From the NCBI GenBank assembly GCA_034661075.1, contig JAYEKP010000083.1:220-64219 (forward strand): DNA of 64,000 bases, written 5' to 3'. Below, one piece after another: positions 58,241 through 64,000 of the stretch. Positions within the stretch are counted from its first letter, which is position 1. Each line of letters starts with the position of its first letter. The notes below the pieces were generated by a model. That model saw nothing but the letters and a program-made list of their open reading frames with translations, did not search any database and had not been told where the DNA came from. The translations under genes and the position numbers were made by a program. The stretch is from Bacteroidota bacterium (GTDB lineage: Bacteria > Bacteroidota > Bacteroidia > Bacteroidales > UBA12077).

Positions 58241-59611
58241 ATGGTTGAAATGAATAATACGGAAAGAAAAGAAGGATACCCTAAGTTATATATAGAAACC
58301 TATGGTTGCCAAATGAATATTGCCGACAGTGAAGTTGTGGTTTCTGTATTGCAAGATAAGGGGTATACGGTTACAGAAGATATAAATGATGCCGATGTTA
58401 TTTTAGTAAATACTTGTTCGATTAGGGAAAATGCTGAGCAACGTGTGTGGGGCCGTTTAGACGTTTTTAAGCAGATTAAGAAGAAAAAACCTTCCATTAA
58501 AATAGGTGTAATTGGTTGCATGGCAGAACGTTTAAAAGAAAAGTTAATTGAAGAAGAAAAAACGGTAGATTTGGTTGTTGGCCCCGATGCTTACAGGGAA
58601 TTGCCATCATTGCTCGAGGATGTTGAGTCCGGACAAAAGGCCGTGAATGTTATTTTGTCGAAGGAGGAGACTTATGCGGATATTAATCCTGTTCGGTTAG
58701 ATAAGAATAAAATTTCTGCATTTATATCCATCATGCGAGGCTGTAATAATATGTGTTCATATTGTATTGTCCCTTATGTTAGAGGTGCTGAACGTAGCCG
58801 CGATCCTGAATCCATTATGAACGAAGCACGTGATTTATTTGAAAAAGGATATAAAGAAATAATTTTAATTGGGCAGAATGTTGATTCATATCACTGGAAA
58901 GTGGAGAATCATGAAAAATCGGTAACTTTTGCCCAGTTATTAGAATCTGCAGCTAAAATAAGCCCGGATTTGCGTATTCGATTTTCAACTTCCCATCCCA
59001 AAGATATGTCGGATGATGTATTGTATGTAATGGCTATGTACAATAATATTTGTAATCATATTCATTTACCGGCACAATCGGGAAGTACACGAATATTAGA
59101 AAGAATGAATCGTGGGTATACCCGGGAATGGTATATGGATCGAATAAAAGCTATAAAAAGAATTTTACCTGATTGTGCGATCACTACTGATTTAATGACT
59201 GGATTTCCAGGGGAAACCGAAGAGGATCATCAGGAAACCTTGAGTTTAATGAGGGAGGTAAATTATGATTTAGCCTATATGTTTAAATATTCTGAACGAC
59301 CCAGAACATACGCCGCAAGGCATTTAAAAGATGATGTAAAAGAGTCGGATAAAACAAGGCGACTTACCGAGATTATTGACTTGCAAGGAGAGCTTTCTGC
59401 AAAAAGTAAAAAGAATGATCTGGGAAAAGTTTTTGATGTATTGATTGAAGGTGTTTCTAAAAAATCCAAGGATCACTTTTTTGGACGTAATTCGCAAAAT
59501 AAAGTAGTTGTTTTTCCGCGATTAAATTATAGGGTGGGAGATTATGTAGAGGTTGAAATTATTGATTGCACTTCCGCAACGCTAATTGGAGAAGTTGCTA
59601 CAAAACATTAA
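58241..59611 (+). CDS. miaB: tRNA-2-methylthio-N6-dimethylallyladenosine synthase
   Basis: The ATG at 58241 is preferred over the upstream TTG (58157). UPF0004 domain ([10 protein letters not shown]), radical-SAM motif [11 protein letters not shown] and a TRAM domain. Confidence 0.92.
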   Translation: MVEMNNTERKEGYPKLYIETYGCQMNIADSEVVVSVLQDKGYTVTEDINDADVILVNTCSIRENAEQRVWGRLDVFKQIKKKKPSIKIGVIGCMAERLKEKLIEEEKTVDLVVGPDAYRELPSLLEDVESGQKAVNVILSKEETYADINPVRLDKNKISAFISIMRGCNNMCSYCIVPYVRGAERSRDPESIMNEARDLFEKGYKEIILIGQNVDSYHWKVENHEKSVTFAQLLESAAKISPDLRIRFSTSHPKDMSDDVLYVMAMYNNICNHIHLPAQSGSTRILERMNRGYTREWYMDRIKAIKRILPDCAITTDLMTGFPGETEEDHQETLSLMREVNYDLAYMFKYSERPRTYAARHLKDDVKESDKTRRLTEIIDLQGELSAKSKKNDLGKVFDVLIEGVSKKSKDHFFGRNSQNKVVVFPRLNYRVGDYVEVEIIDCTSATLIGEVATKH

Positions 59612-59628
59612 TAATAAATTTTTAATAG

Positions 59629-59660
59629 AAAACGAGGTGTTTTTTTCACCTCGTTTTTTT
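59629..59660. terminator. bidirectional rho-independent terminator (miaB / STAS gene)
   Basis: AAAACGAGGTG-TTTTTTT-CACCTCGTTTT is a perfect 11-bp stem flanked by A and T tracts. Confidence 0.75.
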
Positions 59661-59964
59661 ATGCTATTTCAAAAATATGTTCGAGTTCAACGAGCTTAAT
59701 TAATTCCTTTATCTCGTCCGACACATTCATAAATTTAAAGGTTGAGTTATTTATTCTCGAGACCCTGTAAACTTTTAATAAAGTTTCAAATCCTGCACTA
59801 TCAATAAAATTAATCCCCGAGAAGTTTATTAATAATTGGGTTCCCGGATTAGTTACAATGGGTAAAACTTTTTGCTCAATTTCAGCAGCGTTTAAAATGT
59901 TTAATCTTGAAACATTATAAAACGAAACAATGTATTTGTTTCTGAGATGATCAACGGTTAACAT
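59659..59964 (-). CDS. STAS-domain protein (anti-sigma-factor antagonist-like)
   Basis: 101 aa. INFSGINFIDSAGFETLLKV carries the conserved phosphorylatable Ser context DSAG. Confidence 0.7.
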   Translation of the reverse strand: MLTVDHLRNKYIVSFYNVSRLNILNAAEIEQKVLPIVTNPGTQLLINFSGINFIDSAGFETLLKVYRVSRINNSTFKFMNVSDEIKELIKLVELEHIFEIA

Positions 59965-60248
59965 AATATCCTTTGGGTTTTTAAATATTATGTTGCGAAT
60001 GTAATATGGGAATATTAAAATGTGTATTAATTTAATGTTAAGTTATCAACAATTTTAGTTGATATTATTCACCAGGGAATGAGAAAACAAAGAATATTTG
60101 AAAAATTAAATATAAAGTAATGATTGAACTTCTTTAGTAGGTGTTTGTTTTTTTAGTGAAAAGAAAGGATAGGGTATTTTAATTTAAAATCATCTTATAG
60201 TTAGAATGCCAATAAACAAATTAAAGTAAAACTAAAATTTATAAAGCT

Positions 60249-61208
60249 ATGAAAACAATTATTAAAATTATGATGGGTTTAATGGTATCGGCTTTGATGA
60301 TGACCACAATCAGTGCTCAACCCAAATCAGAAATACCCACCGAAAAAGAAAACAAAATGAATTGGGCAGATGCCGATACATTGTACACTTTTCAATATCA
60401 TGAAGATTCTGATACATGGATATTTTTTGAAAGAGAGATCAGACGATTTAATGATAAAGATCAACCTACTGAAAATTTTGTTCAGGCCTATGATGCTGAT
60501 AATCAGTGCTGGGTAAATTATTTGCGTGTAAATTATACTTATGACGAACGAGGGAACGAAATTGAGGCCATTACTCAGCGATGGGATGAAAATTTTAAAA
60601 ACTGGGTAAATGCGCAATTAAAAAGTGTTAATTATAAAGGAAATAAAAGAGAGGAGATTTTGTTTCAGGAATGGAAAAAAACAACCAATGAGTGGTTTAA
60701 TGTGATGAAGTATTTAATCACTTATAATGATGATGGTGAACAATATGCTGTTACTATTAATCTGTATAATGGAGCCACGAATCAATGGGATAATTACAAA
60801 CGTTTTTTAATGGATTTTGAAGATCCTTTTACTCCACCTACCAGTGTTATTGTAGAAAACTGGAACACCAGTCAAAAAAACTGGGAAACAGAAGGTAAAT
60901 ATATGATGCAATACAACGGACGTGGAAATAAAACCGAAGAAATTCGATTAACGTATAACAATAGTATGCGGACTTTTATCGAAGGAATGAAGTTTAATAT
61001 GAGTTATGACAAGAAAGGAAACCTGATTGAATATGTGGAGAAGAAATACGATATTGTTCGAAAAACCTGGATTAATTACAATAAATATTTAGCTTCTTAT
61101 AACGAACAGCAAAATATGACTGAAAAAATTGAATTTAGCTGGGATAAAAATTCAAATGATTGGGTTGAAACCGATAAGTTTAAATTTTCAACAGACACAA
61201 GTATCTGA
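60249..61208 (+). CDS. secreted protein built from about 8 tandem 30-aa W/Y/N-rich repeats, hypothetical
   Basis: Signal peptide (…TTISAQP). The recurring unit is W-(V/I/F)-N-x5-7-Y-(D/N)-x2-G-N-x2-E, for example CWVNYLRVNYTYDERGNEIE, NWVNAQLKSVNYKGNKREE, TWINYNKYLASYNEQQNMTE. Confidence 0.5.
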   Translation: MKTIIKIMMGLMVSALMMTTISAQPKSEIPTEKENKMNWADADTLYTFQYHEDSDTWIFFEREIRRFNDKDQPTENFVQAYDADNQCWVNYLRVNYTYDERGNEIEAITQRWDENFKNWVNAQLKSVNYKGNKREEILFQEWKKTTNEWFNVMKYLITYNDDGEQYAVTINLYNGATNQWDNYKRFLMDFEDPFTPPTSVIVENWNTSQKNWETEGKYMMQYNGRGNKTEEIRLTYNNSMRTFIEGMKFNMSYDKKGNLIEYVEKKYDIVRKTWINYNKYLASYNEQQNMTEKIEFSWDKNSNDWVETDKFKFSTDTSI

Positions 61209-61230
61209 TAATATCATTAAACAAAAATAG

Positions 61231-61259
61231 AAAGGTGCCCTCGTTTGGGCACCTTTTTT
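61231..61259 (+). terminator. rho-independent terminator (also downstream of the convergent aspS)
   Basis: AAAGGTGCCC-TCGTTT-GGGCACCTTT followed by T6. Confidence 0.75.
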
Positions 61260-61330
61260 AACATCATCTTTTCCAAAGTATTGAACTTTGGAAGAGATTT
61301 GCCATAAATATTTGGACAGCTCCTTTGTAT

Positions 61331-63082
61331 TTATTTCTGTACAATTTTTAGCGAGAGTTCTTTCAACTGCGTTTCATCTATTTTAGATGGCGAATCAATC
61401 ATCACATCGCGTCCGGCATTGTTTTTTGGGAAAGCTATAAAATCCCGAATGGATTCGGAGCCACCAAAAACAGAACACCACCGATCGAACCCAAAAGCAA
61501 TGCCACCATGAGGTGGAGCGCCGTATTTAAAAGCATCTAAAAGGAATCCAAATTTCTCTTCTGCTTCTTTTTTGGAAATACCTAATGCATTAAACATTTT
61601 TCTTTGTAGGTCTCCTTCAAATATTCGAATGGAGCCACCACCAATTTCAACACCATTTATTACAAAGTCATATGCATTGGCTCTCATTTTCCCGGGATCC
61701 GAGTCAAAAAGTTTAATATCTTCTGCTTTGGGTGAAGTAAAAGGATGGTGCATGGCAAAATAACGTTGTTCTTCTTCGTCCCATTCGAGCAATGGGAAAT
61801 CAATCACCCAGCAAGGAGCAAATTGATCTTTATCGCGCAAACCTAGCCTTTCACCCATCTCCAGGCGTAGAACATTTAAAGCATATAATGTATCCTTTTT
61901 ATTTCCGGCAAGCACTAACAATAAATCTCCCGGTTTGGCATTCAATTGTTCTGCCCATGTTTTTAAATCTTCCTGCGAATAAAATTTATCTACCGATGAT
62001 TTAAATGTTCCGTCAGGATTACACTTCACATAAACCAACCCTTTGGCACCTACTTGTGGTTTTTGTACAAAAGCAGTAAGCTCATCGAGTTGTTTTCGTG
62101 AATATTCGCCACATCCTTTGGCATTAATAGCGCCAATATACGCAACACTATCAAAAACTTTAAATCCTTTTCCTTTAACCAATTCAGAAATTTCTGAAAT
62201 TTTCATGTCGAAACGCAAATCCGGTTTATCGATACCATAATATTTCATGGCGTCGTCGTACGAAATACGTGGATAAGGCTCGTTAAAGGTTATGCCTTTA
62301 ATTTGGTAGAAAAGATGATTTGCTAATCCTTCAAAGGTTCTTAGAACATCCTCCTGGTCTACAAAAGACATTTCGCAATCTATTTGGGTAAATTCCGGTT
62401 GACGGTCGGCACGTAAATCTTCGTCACGAAAACATTTTACGATTTGAAAATACCGGTCGAAACCTGAAATCATTAATAGCTGTTTAAAGGTTTGTGGTGA
62501 TTGGGGCAAAGCGTAAAATTCTCCGGGATTCATCCTCGAAGGAACAATAAAGTCGCGTGCTCCTTCGGGGGTTGATTTAATGAGATAGGGTGTTTCAATT
62601 TCCATAAATTTAACACTATCGAGATATTTTCGAATCTCTTGTCCCATCCGGTGCCTTAGTTCAAGATTTTTACGTACAGGTTCTCTTCGAAGGTCGAGAT
62701 AACGATATTTCATCCTTAACTCATCCCCACCATCGGTTTCGTTTTCAATGGTAAATGGAGGAATCTCCGATTGATTTAATATATCAAGTTTTTCAACCTG
62801 AATTTCGATTTCGCCGGTGGGCATTTTCGGGTTTTTGCTGCTTCGTTCAACAACCTTCCCTTCAATTTTAATTACAAATTCTCTTCCTAAAGATCTGGTT
62901 TTGTTTTTAAGCTCATCGGTTGTATTATCGTCAAAAACTAATTGTGTTAAACCATACCGATCGCGTAAAGTAATAAAAGTCATTCCTCCTAAGTTACGGA
63001 TTGTTTGGATCCATCCACTTAAAATAACCTTTTGTCCTACATTGTTTAATGTTAATTCACCACAAGTATGAGTCCTGTACAT
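61331..63082 (-). CDS. aspS: aspartate--tRNA ligase
   Basis: 583 aa. [10 protein letters not shown], class II motifs ([16 protein letters not shown] and GGIAFGFDR) and the GAD insertion. Confidence 0.97.
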   Translation of the reverse strand: MYRTHTCGELTLNNVGQKVILSGWIQTIRNLGGMTFITLRDRYGLTQLVFDDNTTDELKNKTRSLGREFVIKIEGKVVERSSKNPKMPTGEIEIQVEKLDILNQSEIPPFTIENETDGGDELRMKYRYLDLRREPVRKNLELRHRMGQEIRKYLDSVKFMEIETPYLIKSTPEGARDFIVPSRMNPGEFYALPQSPQTFKQLLMISGFDRYFQIVKCFRDEDLRADRQPEFTQIDCEMSFVDQEDVLRTFEGLANHLFYQIKGITFNEPYPRISYDDAMKYYGIDKPDLRFDMKISEISELVKGKGFKVFDSVAYIGAINAKGCGEYSRKQLDELTAFVQKPQVGAKGLVYVKCNPDGTFKSSVDKFYSQEDLKTWAEQLNAKPGDLLLVLAGNKKDTLYALNVLRLEMGERLGLRDKDQFAPCWVIDFPLLEWDEEEQRYFAMHHPFTSPKAEDIKLFDSDPGKMRANAYDFVINGVEIGGGSIRIFEGDLQRKMFNALGISKKEAEEKFGFLLDAFKYGAPPHGGIAFGFDRWCSVFGGSESIRDFIAFPKNNAGRDVMIDSPSKIDETQLKELSLKIVQK

Positions 63083-63282
63083 AGCTGCAATTTTTCTGTT
63101 GTTAATTATTTCAGAATGCGAAAATAGGATTTTATTTTCTTTTTAAAAACCTGATTTTTATAAACAGCTTATTTTTAATAAAATATAGTTCTTTAATTTT
63201 TTGAAATTAATCTTTTAAGGGATATTTTAGTCTATATTAATAAATATGAATTATTTTTGAAGTATAAACATCATTTTAATCG

Positions 63283-63726
63283 ATGGATTTATATTCTGAT
63301 GAATATTTTATGAAGGAGGCTTTAAAAGAAGCCCAAAAAGCATTGGATAAAAACGAAGTACCCATAGGTGCTGTAATTGTTTCCAACCATCAGATTATTG
63401 CCCGTGCACATAATTTAACCGAAACGCTAAATGATGTTACTGCTCATGCCGAAATGCAGGCAATTACGGCTGCTGCCAATTATTTAGGAGGAAAATATTT
63501 GACCAATTGTACTTTATACGTGACCCTTGAGCCATGCGTGATGTGCATTGGAGCTTCTGCCTGGGCTCAACTTTCCAAAGTGGTTTTTGGAGCACCCGAT
63601 CTTAAAAAGGGATATACCCGCTATGATTCCAAAAAGATGACTCATCCCAAAACAGAAATAGTATCGGGAGTGCTTAAGAACGATTGCAGCAGGGTTATCC
63701 AGGATTTTTTTAAAAACAAAAGATAA
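63283..63726 (+). CDS. tadA: tRNA adenosine(34) deaminase
   Basis: HAEMQAI and TLEPCVMC zinc-binding motifs, 147 aa. Confidence 0.9.
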   Translation: MDLYSDEYFMKEALKEAQKALDKNEVPIGAVIVSNHQIIARAHNLTETLNDVTAHAEMQAITAAANYLGGKYLTNCTLYVTLEPCVMCIGASAWAQLSKVVFGAPDLKKGYTRYDSKKMTHPKTEIVSGVLKNDCSRVIQDFFKNKR

Positions 63727-63836
63727 AAAAGTGATGTAAATCACCCTAAAATAAAGTTAAGATCACCAATTAGGAATTGTTAATATCAAAAAATCATACC
63801 AATTTTGTAAAAAATATTTTTAAAATTTAAATTATC

Positions 63837-64000
63837 ATGAAAAGAATATTGTTATCTGTATTTATTATTTTATTCATTACGAAGTTTAATTATGCGCAGG
63901 TAGAGATGTCAAAAGCTCAGGCTATGTTTTCTTATAATTTTACCAAGTTTTTTGATTGGCCATCATCCGAAAAACAAGGTGATTTTGTTATGGGCGTTTT
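63837..64000 (+). CDS. YfiR-like / DUF4154 family periplasmic protein, N-terminal fragment (runs off the window)
   Basis: ATG at 63837, a signal peptide, then MFSYNFTKFFDWP, which resembles the DUF4154 N-terminal block. Confidence 0.5.
   Translation, partial: MKRILLSVFIILFITKFNYAQVEMSKAQAMFSYNFTKFFDWPSSEKQGDFVMGV

Noticed and set aside
1-64000. Search for CRISPR arrays, IS elements, integrases, prophage, toxin-antitoxin or known defence-system genes.
   Set aside because: No direct-repeat/spacer periodicity was seen, and none of the translated ORFs carry transposase, integrase, nuclease-helicase or defence-type signatures. The window reads as core chromosome.

Overview
AT-rich chromosomal segment that looks like Bacteroidota. 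Supporting signs are a 286-aa primary sigma factor, TTTG/TAnnTTTG promoter boxes, a T9SS type-B C-terminal sorting domain, a glsB/glsA-like glycine-lipid gene pair and DUF4492-cydAB. Coding density is high and the content is almost entirely housekeeping: alr, rpoD, pssA/psd/cdsA, ftsH, lon, cydAB, purF/purS, pyrE, coaD, birA, split transketolase, glpK, miaB, aspS, tadA, pepT and one tRNA-His. I found no transposase, integrase, phage genes, CRISPR array, rRNA or recognisable defence island, so I cannot honestly name a clear novel multi-gene system here. Four things are most worth a second look. (1) A promoter-proximal copy of the 5' half of tRNA-His, split in its D loop by a roughly 87-nt insert that folds by eye into a three-hairpin junction, lies about 30 nt upstream of the intact tRNA-His. 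(2) An untracked 39-codon single-TM sORF sits 20 nt downstream of cydB; together with DUF4492 upstream this gives a four-gene cyd locus. (3) Five reading-frame breaks in four genes all lie in homopolymer or simple-repeat tracts, which points to assembly indels or slippage-prone tracts rather than ordinary gene decay. (4) Several uncharacterised proteins stand out, including a 30-aa-repeat secreted protein, a TlpA-like protein with SxxC in place of CxxC, and a signal-less BtuF-like binding protein. All product calls rest on motifs I recognise in the supplied translations. No database search, covariance model or folding program was run.
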